DNA of 64,000 nucleotides from Parcubacteria group bacterium (GTDB lineage: Bacteria; Patescibacteriota; Minisyncoccia; Moranbacterales; UBA11712). Of this stretch, positions 46,142 through 54,652 are shown piece by piece; the first letter of the stretch is position 1; each line of letters starts with the position of its first letter. The notes under the pieces are model-generated. The model searched no databases. It worked only from the letters and a program-made list of their open reading frames with translations, and was not told the DNA's origin. The position numbers and the translations under genes were made by a program. The stretch is taken from assembly GCA_041659685.1 (NCBI GenBank), contig JBAZXV010000006.1:2032-66031 (forward strand), given 5' to 3'.

Positions 46142-47713
46142 TCATCTTAAGAATTCCAGTAAATTTTGTCCTGTCATTTCCGGCGGGATTTTTATTTTCA
46201 TCAAGCTTAATATTGTTGGCGCAACATCGCTGAGAAATCCTCTCACATTGGTCGTGTCCTCCAAAATCTCAGATTCGCCTTTCTGGCGCTGATTGTCAGG
46301 AGAGACATACCAAAAAGGAACGGGAAACGTGGAGTGCTCGGTATCAGGTTCTTCCGTCCGGGGATTCGTAACTTCTTCGGCGTTTCCATGGTCCGCCGTT
46401 ATGAAAAGAGTTCCGCCAATTTTAAGAACCTCCGGAATTAACTTGCCCAGGCACTGGTCCACAGTTTCTATGGCGGAGATCGCAGCTTTTAAATTTCCGG
46501 TGTGTCCGACCATGTCGGGATTGGCATAATTTATCAGGACAAAGGAATATTTTCCCGTGCCTAATTCCTGAATCGCTTTTTCGGTTATGGAGGAAGCGCT
46601 CATTTCCGGGGCTTTGTCGTAAGTTGAAACTGACTGGGAAGGAATCAATACATGGTCTTCGTTGGGGAAAGGATCTTCTTTGCCCCCGTTAAAAAAATAT
46701 GTGACGTGAGCATACTTTTCCGTTTCTGCGATTCTGAGCTGGTGGAGGCCTTCGCGACTGATTATTTCACCGAGGCAATGGTCCATTTTTTCCGGAGGAA
46801 ATATAACTTTGACCGGCAGGTTGTCCTCGTATTGAACCATGCAGATGAATTCCAGATCCGGCAGATATTTCTGACGATTGAACTTGGAAAAAGAAGGAAG
46901 GACAAAAGCCTTGGTAATCTGGCGGGCGCGATCTTCCCGGAAATTAAAGAAGATAAGGGAATCTTTCTCCGTGACGAAATTTATTTCTCCCTTTTCGTCC
47001 TCAATTGCAGTCGGCTCGATGAATTCGTCGGTAATATTGGCTTTGTAGGATTTTTGGACGGCCTCTTTGGCGCTTTTTTCTTTTTTTCCGATTCCTTGCG
47101 TAAGAAGATTATACGCCTTTTCGGTGCGGTTCCAATTGTCGTTTCGATCCATGGCGAAATATCTTCCGCAAAGAGAAGCTATTTTTCCGCTGCCGAACTC
47201 GCTGAGACGCGTTTCAATGTTTTCAATCACTTCTTCTCCCGATCGGGGAGGGGAATCGCGTCCATCCAAAAAAAGATGGAGATAAACCTTCTTCAGCTTA
47301 TTGTTTTTTGCAAGCTCCAAAAGGGCAAAGAGATGACTGAGGGAGCTGTGGACTCCGCCGTTAGAGGCAAGTCCCATGATGTGGAGGGCGCTGTCATTTT
47401 TTTTTACATTTTCAATCGCGGCGTTCAAAGCTTCTTTCTTGAAGAAATTTCCTTCCTGGATGGAAAGGGTGATGCGGGGAAGGTTTTGATAGATTACCCG
47501 GCCGGCCCCCAGAGCAAGATGCCCGACTTCCGAGTTGCCCATTTCTCCCCAGGGGAGCCCGACGGAGATTCCTGATGCCTGCAAGAGCGTTTGGGGGTAA
47601 TAGCGTTGCAGTTTGTTCATTGTGGGCGTGTTTGCCTGCGCGATTGCATTTCCTTCGAAGGCCGGATTCACTCCCCAGCCGTCAAGGATTATCAAGAAAA
47701 TTGGTTTTACCAT
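46142..47713 (-). CDS. gpmI: 2,3-bisphosphoglycerate-independent phosphoglycerate mutase
   Basis: ILDGWG, MGNSEVGH, GGVHS, DGRD, AETEKYAHVT, NPDMVGHTG, TADHGN. Confidence 0.97.
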   Translation of the reverse strand: MVKPIFLIILDGWGVNPAFEGNAIAQANTPTMNKLQRYYPQTLLQASGISVGLPWGEMGNSEVGHLALGAGRVIYQNLPRITLSIQEGNFFKKEALNAAIENVKKNDSALHIMGLASNGGVHSSLSHLFALLELAKNNKLKKVYLHLFLDGRDSPPRSGEEVIENIETRLSEFGSGKIASLCGRYFAMDRNDNWNRTEKAYNLLTQGIGKKEKSAKEAVQKSYKANITDEFIEPTAIEDEKGEINFVTEKDSLIFFNFREDRARQITKAFVLPSFSKFNRQKYLPDLEFICMVQYEDNLPVKVIFPPEKMDHCLGEIISREGLHQLRIAETEKYAHVTYFFNGGKEDPFPNEDHVLIPSQSVSTYDKAPEMSASSITEKAIQELGTGKYSFVLINYANPDMVGHTGNLKAAISAIETVDQCLGKLIPEVLKIGGTLFITADHGNAEEVTNPRTEEPDTEHSTFPVPFWYVSPDNQRQKGESEILEDTTNVRGFLSDVAPTILSLMKIKIPPEMTGQNLLEFLR

Positions 47714-47873
47714 GTGTGTCAAATGAAAAACTTATATTTTAGCCCGCATAGCTTAGTCTTTGAATTAATTTTAGCGTGCCAGTTCGAAAGTTATTAAATT
47801 TTAACACGGTATGCTTAATTTTGACAAAAAAAACAGAATGTTTTAATATAATCTTCGTTGATTGTTAAAACGC

Positions 47874-48017
47874 AGCGTCAATTGATAACAAGTTAGCACC
47901 TAGTATTTGAGGTCATATCCCGTGTTTATAAGTCGGATCATTATCCTAAAAAATAAACTGCGAAAGACGTATTTCGCATAAATATCAAGATGTATAGATG
48001 TTATCAACTGAATAGCT
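47874..48017 (+). ncRNA. Candidate 6S-like RNA or structured rny leader
   Basis: Nested complementary segments form a long rod with a central bubble (see findings); upstream TTGACA at 47821. Confidence 0.4.
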
Positions 48018-48026
48018 CTCAAAATT

Positions 48027-49559
48027 ATGGAACTAAGTTTCGGTCTTCTTGCTATTGGAATTTTAAGTTTAGCGGTTGGTTCGCTGTTGGGGTATCTTGC
48101 CCGCCAGTCAATCGCTAAAAAACAACTGGGCACCGCAGAAGGGAAAGCCAACAAAATGATCCAGGACGCTGAGGTGGCGGTTCAGGCGAGTCTTTTGGAA
48201 TCCAAAAATAAAGCGGTTGAAATTCTTGAAGAAGCCAAAAAAGAGGAGAAGAAAAGGCAGGATCAAATCTTCAGGCTTGAAAAAAGACTGGAGGCAAGAG
48301 AGGTGACTCTCGACAAAAAATTGGACGAGCTGGAACGGGGAAAAGATCTTCTGATAAGAAAAGCTGAAGAAATCAAAAAGATAAAAAGAGAAACCGAAGC
48401 CGCAAAGCAGGAGCAGCTCACAAGGCTTGAAAAGATTGCAGGGCTTTCAAAAGAGGAAGCGAAAAAAATTCTTTTGCAGCTGGCTGAGGAGCAAAACAAA
48501 GATCTCGTGGCAAAGCAAATGAAGAAGCTTGAACGGGAGGGAAAAGAAGAGCTGGAAAAGAAAGCTAAAAATATCATGACTATAGCTCTCCAGCGTTATG
48601 CGGGAAGTCACGCAATGGAAACCACCACCTCGACCGTTGCCATTCCGTCGGATGAACTAAAAGGGAGAATTATCGGTCGGGAAGGGAGAAATATAAAGAC
48701 TCTGGAGAGACTGACGGGAATTGAGATCATTGTTGACGACACGCCCGAAGCCATAGTGATTTCCGGCTTTAACCCTGTGCGGCGGGAAATCGCAAGATTG
48801 GCTCTGGAAAAATTAATTGTGGACGGGCGCATTCATCCGACCCGTATTGAAGAAGCGGTTAATTTTGCCAAAACGGAGGTAAATAATAAAATCAAGGAAG
48901 CCGGAGAGGCAGCCGCTTACGATGTCGGCATTGCCGGACTTGACCCGAAATTAATTCAGCTTATCGGAAGACTTCGGTTCAGGACCAGCTACGGGCAGAA
49001 CGTTCTGCTTCATTCTTTGGAGGTGGCGCATCTTTCCGGAGCGCTGGCATCCGAGCTTGGACTTGACGTCAGTCTGGCAAAAAAAGCGGGACTTCTCCAC
49101 GACATTGGAAAAGCGATCGATCATGAGGTGCAGGGCACGCATATCGAAATCGGCGTAAGTATCCTGAAAAAATTCGGGATGGAACAAGCGGTGATTGATG
49201 CCATGAAATCCCATCACGAAGACTATCCCTTTGAAAGCAATGAATCCATGATTGTGGCCGCCGCCGACGCTCTTTCAGCTTCCCGGCCAGGGGCGCGCAA
49301 AGACACTTTGGAAAATTATCTCAAGCGCCTGACGGATCTTGAGAACGTTGCCACTTCTTTCCCGGAGGTTGAGAAATCTTATGCCATTCAAGCCGGCCGC
49401 GAGATCAGGGTGTTTGTTAAGCCCGATCAAGTGGATGATCTTGGCGCTCTGAAACTTGCCCGGACAATTGCCGACAAAATAGAAGACGAACTGAAATATC
49501 CCGGAGAAATAAAAGTTAACGTTCTTCGCGAAACAAGAGCTGTTGAAATCGCAAGATAG
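48027..49559 (+). CDS. rny: Ribonuclease Y
   Basis: N-terminal TM, coiled coil, [35 protein letters not shown]. Confidence 0.98.
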   Translation: MELSFGLLAIGILSLAVGSLLGYLARQSIAKKQLGTAEGKANKMIQDAEVAVQASLLESKNKAVEILEEAKKEEKKRQDQIFRLEKRLEAREVTLDKKLDELERGKDLLIRKAEEIKKIKRETEAAKQEQLTRLEKIAGLSKEEAKKILLQLAEEQNKDLVAKQMKKLEREGKEELEKKAKNIMTIALQRYAGSHAMETTTSTVAIPSDELKGRIIGREGRNIKTLERLTGIEIIVDDTPEAIVISGFNPVRREIARLALEKLIVDGRIHPTRIEEAVNFAKTEVNNKIKEAGEAAAYDVGIAGLDPKLIQLIGRLRFRTSYGQNVLLHSLEVAHLSGALASELGLDVSLAKKAGLLHDIGKAIDHEVQGTHIEIGVSILKKFGMEQAVIDAMKSHHEDYPFESNESMIVAAADALSASRPGARKDTLENYLKRLTDLENVATSFPEVEKSYAIQAGREIRVFVKPDQVDDLGALKLARTIADKIEDELKYPGEIKVNVLRETRAVEIAR

Positions 49560-49733
49560 GGCAAAGACAAAAGAAAGAAAAATTATTGCGCCGCTGTATT
49601 GAACATCAGTAACGATAAAATGGCGGAATTTCGGCAAAATGGATCGGATCTATTGCAGTAAGGCGGATAATGGCTTAAAATAAATAAAAAAGATAGGTAT
49701 TCATTAATTCTAAAATAGAAAGAGAGGTGTATT

Positions 49734-50057
49734 ATGGCTACCGATATCAATAAAGATGCTCTGGTCGAAATGGTTGCGAATAAGACCGGCCAAACAAAAA
49801 AAGAAGTTGAGTTGACTGTTGATAATGTAGTGGATGTGATTATGGACGCTCTTCATCAGGACAGGAAGGTCACTATCGCCGGTTTTGGAACCTTTAAGGT
49901 TACGCATAGAGCGGCGCGGGAGGGGATTAATCCGCAGACCAAAGAAAGAATAACAATCGGAGCGGTTAACACTCCAAAGTTTACAGCCGGGAAACGTCTT
50001 AAGGAAACAGTGAGATCTCAAGTTGTGCCAGCACCTCAAGAAGCTCCAGCTGAATAA
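49734..50057 (+). CDS. hup: HU-family DNA-binding protein
   Basis: KVTIAGFGTF..RAAREGINPQT..PKFTAGKRLK; SD-like AGAGGTG upstream. Confidence 0.95.
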   Translation: MATDINKDALVEMVANKTGQTKKEVELTVDNVVDVIMDALHQDRKVTIAGFGTFKVTHRAAREGINPQTKERITIGAVNTPKFTAGKRLKETVRSQVVPAPQEAPAE

Positions 50058-50111
50058 ATTATTACTTGGCTTAAGATAAACTACCTCGCGTTTTTTCTGT
50101 GCGAGGGAATC

Positions 50112-50141
50112 GCAAACCATCCTCTTTTCAGGATGGTTTGC
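50112..50141. terminator. Hairpin/terminator after HU
   Basis: GCAAACCATCCT-cttttc-AGGATGGTTTGC. Confidence 0.65.
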
Positions 50142-50247
50142 ATTATCAATTGCCGAACTGAAGCGGACGGTTATTCGCTCGGCAGGAATTAGAGACCGGC
50201 CAGGTCATTGCCAGGATAACAATTTTCCAATAGGATATAAAAGTGTC

Positions 50248-50318
50248 CGGGCTGTCGTATACCGGTAGTACGCATGCTTTGGGAGCATGTCGACTGGGTT
50301 CAATTCCCAGCAGCCCGA
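50248..50318 (+). tRNA. tRNA-Pro(TGG)
   Basis: CGGGCTG/CAGCCCG; CATGC-TT TGG GA-GCATG. Confidence 0.93.
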
Positions 50319-50320
50319 AA

Positions 50321-50436
50321 TCGAACGGGAAAGGGGTCGGGGAAACGGGAGTTTCTCCGGGGTGGAAGTATTGAAACCGAAAGGTTTCAAGGATCCGCCA
50401 GATGGCGGAAACGTGAAATTCCCAGCAGCCCGAAAT
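50321..50436 (+). repeat. tRNA-3'-associated element copy 4 plus duplicated tRNA-Pro 3' end
   Basis: Core 65/73 identical to copy 1; 50417-50436 = 50302-50321. Confidence 0.9.
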
Positions 50437-50471
50437 AAGAAGAAATAGTAAATAATAAGAGTATTCGCGCT

Positions 50472-50816
50472 ATGATCGAAGATGGATCAGGCTTTGAGAA
50501 CAAGGATATCGGTTACAGAGCGGAAATCAGGCTTAGATTTGTGAAAGAGCTTGCTTGGAAGCTTCAATCGGCTAAAATTTGTTTTGATGCGTTAGAGCGA
50601 AAACCGCACGATGAATCACTGAGAGCGGATCTTGAAAACCGCAGAAAAGAATTTGCGGAGGCCGTCGATAGGTTCATTGAGGAAGAGCGCAGCCGCCCGA
50701 CTGTCAAGATAAACGCGGCATCCCTTTCGAAGCTGAAGGAATACTGCGAATTCAGCTGGGAAGAGGGAGAACGTCTTAAGGAATTAATGAGGAATGTTTC
50801 CGAGATGGCAAATTGA
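50472..50816 (+). CDS. Hypothetical helical protein between tRNA-Pro and tRNA-Gly
   Basis: 114-aa ORF fills the gap; no motif recognised. Confidence 0.6.
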   Translation: MIEDGSGFENKDIGYRAEIRLRFVKELAWKLQSAKICFDALERKPHDESLRADLENRRKEFAEAVDRFIEEERSRPTVKINAASLSKLKEYCEFSWEEGERLKELMRNVSEMAN

Positions 50817-50874
50817 CGCGAGCGGTGGGAGAGAGTTTACTATATGTCTGGACTCCTATAATATAAAAATACCT

Positions 50875-50946
50875 GCGGGTGTTGTATAATGGCTATTACA
50901 TCAGGTTTCCAACCTGAGGACGAGGGTTCGATTCCCTTCACCCGCT
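50875..50946 (+). tRNA. tRNA-Gly(TCC)
   Basis: GCGGGTG/CACCCGC; TCAGG-TT TCC AA-CCTGA. Confidence 0.95.
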
Positions 50947-51006
50947 CACTGAAACGAAAAATCTCCTTAAGGGGATTTTTTGTTTTGCTGAATATGAGGG
51001 TGGGAA

Positions 51007-51112
51007 TCGAACGGGAAAGGGGCCGGGGAAACGGGAGTTTCTCCGGGGTGGAAGTATTGAAACCGAAAAGTTTCAAGGAGCGAAGCGACGTTCGCTTCCC
51101 TTCACCCGCTCA
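51007..51112 (+). repeat. tRNA-3'-associated element copy 5 plus duplicated tRNA-Gly 3' end
   Basis: Core 71/73 identical to copy 4; 51090-51112 matches 50926-50948 at 22/23. Confidence 0.9.
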
Positions 51113-51304
51113 GTTTTCGAAAAATTCAAATCAAGGCTTTCACAAAACTTTTTCCAGTTCTGACCAAAAAATTATTTTCACAAAAATTGGCTTGCTTGAT
51201 CCCTTTTTTGTGTGAATTTTCTTCATATTTAAGGCAAAATATCTCCTCAAAAACTTGGTTCTAGCTGTGTGCCCTTGCTTCTGTCGAACTTACGGAAGCA
51301 CGAC

Positions 51305-51351
51305 TTGACAAAAATAGTGAATAGAGTATGATAATAGTATAATATTCACTA
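51305..51351 (+). promoter_or_regulatory. Fic promoter with inverted repeat (candidate operator)
   Basis: TTGACA-16nt-TATGAT; TAGTGAATA (51315-23) / TATTCACTA (51343-51). Confidence 0.6.
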
Positions 51352-51356
51352 AAAAT

Positions 51357-52247
51357 ATGCCAGTGACTCGTCCTATCAAAAACCACATTCAGGCCTTGAA
51401 AAAACAGTATGATATCCTCAAAAAAGGCAAAGATTCGCTTTTGAATTTGATCGACCAGACCGAAATTCCGGAAAGCGTCTACAATTCAAATGCTATCGAA
51501 AATTCAACTTTGACATTCAAAGAGACGGAGAAAATACTTTTGGAGATGGAAATGTCTCGCGATGTCAGTGTCAGGGAAGTATACGAAGCCAAAAATCTGG
51601 CTCGCGTCATGGATTACATTAAGAAAAAGTCGGAAGAATCGGAAATCAATAGGGAGCTGATTCTTCTGCTTCATCAAATGCTTATCGGTGGCATTGATGA
51701 TAATATTTCCGGACGGTTCAGAAATACAGGCGAGTATGTTCGAGTGGGAACACATATCGCGCCGCCTCCAGAAAAAGTGAGCAGTATGATTGCGGTGATA
51801 ATAAATCAATATGTGAGTGACAAGGAAAAATATTTTCTCGATAAAATTTCCCTATTTCACCTTGATTTTGAAACTGTCCATCCGTTTTGTGACGGCAATG
51901 GCCGAATTGGCAGAGCGCTGATGTGCTATCAGCTGGTTCAATTAGGCTATCCGCCGATAATTATCCGTGATAAAGAAAAAGGAAATTACTATAATGCTTT
52001 TGGCGAGTACAGATTCAAAAAGAATACCAAGCCAATGGAAAAAATAGTTGCTCTTTCTGTGATGGAATCTCTGCACAAACGCATAGCCTATCTTTCCGGA
52101 GAAGAAATCATTACCTTGTCCGATTATGCTAAAATAAAAAACAAAAAAGCGCCAGCCTTGTTCAACGCGGCGAAGCGCCAAAACATTCCTGCTTTTCGGG
52201 AAAGGGGAGTTTGGAAAATCAGTTCCGATTGGAAAGATAGCAAATAA
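51357..52247 (+). CDS. Fic-family protein with N-terminal inhibitory motif and a possible C-terminal HTH
   Basis: SNAIEN, HPFCDGNGRIGR. Confidence 0.93.
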   Translation: MPVTRPIKNHIQALKKQYDILKKGKDSLLNLIDQTEIPESVYNSNAIENSTLTFKETEKILLEMEMSRDVSVREVYEAKNLARVMDYIKKKSEESEINRELILLLHQMLIGGIDDNISGRFRNTGEYVRVGTHIAPPPEKVSSMIAVIINQYVSDKEKYFLDKISLFHLDFETVHPFCDGNGRIGRALMCYQLVQLGYPPIIIRDKEKGNYYNAFGEYRFKKNTKPMEKIVALSVMESLHKRIAYLSGEEIITLSDYAKIKNKKAPALFNAAKRQNIPAFRERGVWKISSDWKDSK

Positions 52248-52376
52248 GAAAAGGATAAAAAAATATCTTAGCCAAGCATCTTTTCCATAAATCCGGTTCT
52301 AACCGCGTGTACTAGTCAGTTCACTGAAACGAAAAATCTCCTTAAGGGGATTTTCATTTCTGTAGCAAGCACTAAG

Positions 52377-52622
52377 TCATTTTCTTATCAATTCTTTCAA
52401 CTCCTTATATTCCTTGCTTTTATCAATTATTTCTTGAAAATATTTATTGCTTTTCCAATATACTTTATATGCATTCGCACTAGATCTTGAAGAAATGATT
52501 CTGTAAGTTTTGTCTATAATTTCAAGCGCGCAATAATTATCAACTGCGACGGCGACACCGGGAGTCTTTTTCATCATTTTTTTCAAATCAGCTTTTCTGT
52601 GTATCTGCGTGTCGTAATGAAG
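52377..52622 (-). pseudogene. C-terminal fragment of a peptidase E (S51)-like gene
   Basis: HYD..RKADLKKMMKKTPGVAVAVDNYCALEI; N-terminal part with the nucleophile is absent. Confidence 0.55.
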
Positions 52623-52685
52623 ATTAAACATCCTGGCTTTTTCCTGATATAATTAAAGCGATCAGTAAGGCTTTAGATTAATATT

Positions 52686-53723
52686 ATGAAAAGAATGGAA
52701 TTTCGTGCAGGCGAAGAATCTTTACCTGACAAAGCAGCGAAAAAAAATGCCAGTGGAGCTGATCTGAGTCCCTTCAAGGAAGGGGCGGTAGGGAAAAGTA
52801 TTTCTGAAGGTTCGCATGCGAATATTCATGAGATAAACAAGCCAAGAGAGGGTTTTCCGGATAGGATAGTTAAAATCGGGAAAACGGATGGTTATACGCC
52901 GCCTCTTTTAAGCGATAAACTGCGAATCAAATTTTCCAGAAAAAGAGTCAGTGACGCCTTGGTTAAGCTGTTCGGGCCGAGATTTCAAATTCATCCGGAC
53001 CAGGATTTTATTAAAAACGGAGTGGCGGAATACTTAATCATGAGGGAATATTTTGGGCATGACGGAAGAGAAGATAAAAATACCAGCCAAAAAAATCGCA
53101 GAGAATTATTGGCTTCGCTGGAGGATCATGGCAACCCATTCTATAAAGAGATGGCGTGCGTTCTCGGCGATAACGGATTAATTGCTGAAACCATCCAAGT
53201 TCTCAAAAATCACCAGCATGATAATTTTCTTCCTGAGGAGCAAACAATTATCGGCCATCCGCCCAATGCAGTTCATGGACAGGCGGGGAGTTTCCGGGCC
53301 AGGGGCGAGAAATTGCCGGTCACTTATTATATTTATCAGGAAAAAATCGCCGGTTCAAACACCGTTCCGCTCCGGGAGTTAAGCGACGAGGAACTATTGA
53401 AGTATCCAAAATTAATTGAAAAATTACTTACTTTTGCGATTTTAACCAAAAAAATGTATTTCGACACCGGTAAATTAATTGACACAAGGCCTGAAGAGCT
53501 GGCAAAGCATCCCTTTGAGTGGTTTCAAGAGACGGCTAATATTTTAGTGAACAAAGATGAACAGGAATTATCGTTTACTGACACTCGCTGGCTTTGGGAT
53601 GGGGACAGCCGCGTAGGAAAAGAAGGGGTGAACCTTGTAAAGCATCTTGGGATAAAGTCGGTTAACGGCGCCATAAGGAAATACGCCGGCATGCTAAAAT
53701 CACTGAGGAGGATGCGGTTATGA
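52686..53723 (+). CDS. Hypothetical protein, possibly a divergent protein-kinase-like fold
   Basis: ISEGSHANIH..IVKIG, IYQEKIAG, LIDTRPE..NILV, FTDT. Confidence 0.6.
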   Translation: MKRMEFRAGEESLPDKAAKKNASGADLSPFKEGAVGKSISEGSHANIHEINKPREGFPDRIVKIGKTDGYTPPLLSDKLRIKFSRKRVSDALVKLFGPRFQIHPDQDFIKNGVAEYLIMREYFGHDGREDKNTSQKNRRELLASLEDHGNPFYKEMACVLGDNGLIAETIQVLKNHQHDNFLPEEQTIIGHPPNAVHGQAGSFRARGEKLPVTYYIYQEKIAGSNTVPLRELSDEELLKYPKLIEKLLTFAILTKKMYFDTGKLIDTRPEELAKHPFEWFQETANILVNKDEQELSFTDTRWLWDGDSRVGKEGVNLVKHLGIKSVNGAIRKYAGMLKSLRRMRL

Positions 53724-53852
53724 TTTTTTTCCGGCAGGGCGCTATTTACTTAACGTCCTGATCCGCCTTTGTTTGCAACGGGAGTATTCTAAAACGCCGG
53801 TTTTATGTCTGTGATATAATTATTTTATGTGATAATTCGCGATTATAGAGCC

Positions 53853-54632
53853 ATGAGAAAATACGGCGTTGATAAAAATGGATTTATTAAATCAGGGGCA
53901 GGTCTTAATGAGATAAAGGCGCCCTTTAAAAAAATCGTTACCGGTTCCAGGCGAGAAATTATCGGTAAATTTGGAGGCAAAATACACAGCATATATATTT
54001 ACGGAAGCGCGGCAACCGGAAAGGCCCGGCCCCGAATATCGGATTTAGATATCCTCGTCGCGTTCAGGAAAAAGCCGACTTCCGAAATTGAAGAACAAAT
54101 TAAGGATCTCCAGAATATATTGTCAAACAAATTTCGGCAGGCGGTTCGCAAAGTCGACATTGTTTCAATTTTTGTTAAGGAAGCAACCGGCGACAAATAT
54201 GGCTGGGGCTGCTTTATAAAACACCTCTCGGTTTGCGTTTATGGAACCGACCTTTCAAAAAATTTACCGAAATTCAAACCGTCAAAAAAAATCGCCTCTG
54301 CATTCAACAGCGATATCGGAAAATGTTTGGATGACACTCTGGAAAAATTAGAGTCTATTTCGGATGACAGGGAAGTTATAAATCTATGCAGGGAAACCAT
54401 GAGAAAAATTGTTCGCGCGGGATTCAGCCTGGTTATGGACCGGGAAGAATCCTGGACTTCTGATCTTGATAAATCCTGCGAAGTATTTTCGAAATACTAT
54501 CCGGAGCAAACTCTGAAAATGAAGAAGGCTCTTGCAATGGCCAAAAAACCGCTGGCGGATAAAAAAACATTAGCGGATTTCCTTAACGGATTTAGATACT
54601 GGCTGACGAGGGAGGCAAATAGAAAGCTGTAG
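53853..54632 (+). CDS. Pol-beta-like nucleotidyltransferase-domain protein
   Basis: IYIYGSAATG..SDLDILV..VDI; helical C-terminus. Confidence 0.85.
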   Translation: MRKYGVDKNGFIKSGAGLNEIKAPFKKIVTGSRREIIGKFGGKIHSIYIYGSAATGKARPRISDLDILVAFRKKPTSEIEEQIKDLQNILSNKFRQAVRKVDIVSIFVKEATGDKYGWGCFIKHLSVCVYGTDLSKNLPKFKPSKKIASAFNSDIGKCLDDTLEKLESISDDREVINLCRETMRKIVRAGFSLVMDREESWTSDLDKSCEVFSKYYPEQTLKMKKALAMAKKPLADKKTLADFLNGFRYWLTREANRKL

Positions 54633-54652
54633 CTTTTTTAAAGTTAAGCATC

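Larger units (their letters stand above)
50946..52354. mobile_element. Small islet (Fic gene) bounded by 34-bp identical direct repeats at the tRNA-Gly 3' end
   Basis: TCACTGAAACGAAAAATCTCCTTAAGGGGATTTT at 50946-50979 and 52321-52354; no integrase inside. Confidence 0.6.

Noticed and set aside
46652-47575. 307-aa ORF antisense to gpmI, and the many other antisense ORFs in the track
   Set aside because: They are shadows of well-supported genes on the opposite strand and show no motifs.
51233-52309. Weak similarity around GGTTCTA on both sides of the Fic gene (about 51257 and 52295)
   Set aside because: Only a short exact core with gapped, low-identity flanks; it cannot be distinguished from chance by eye.
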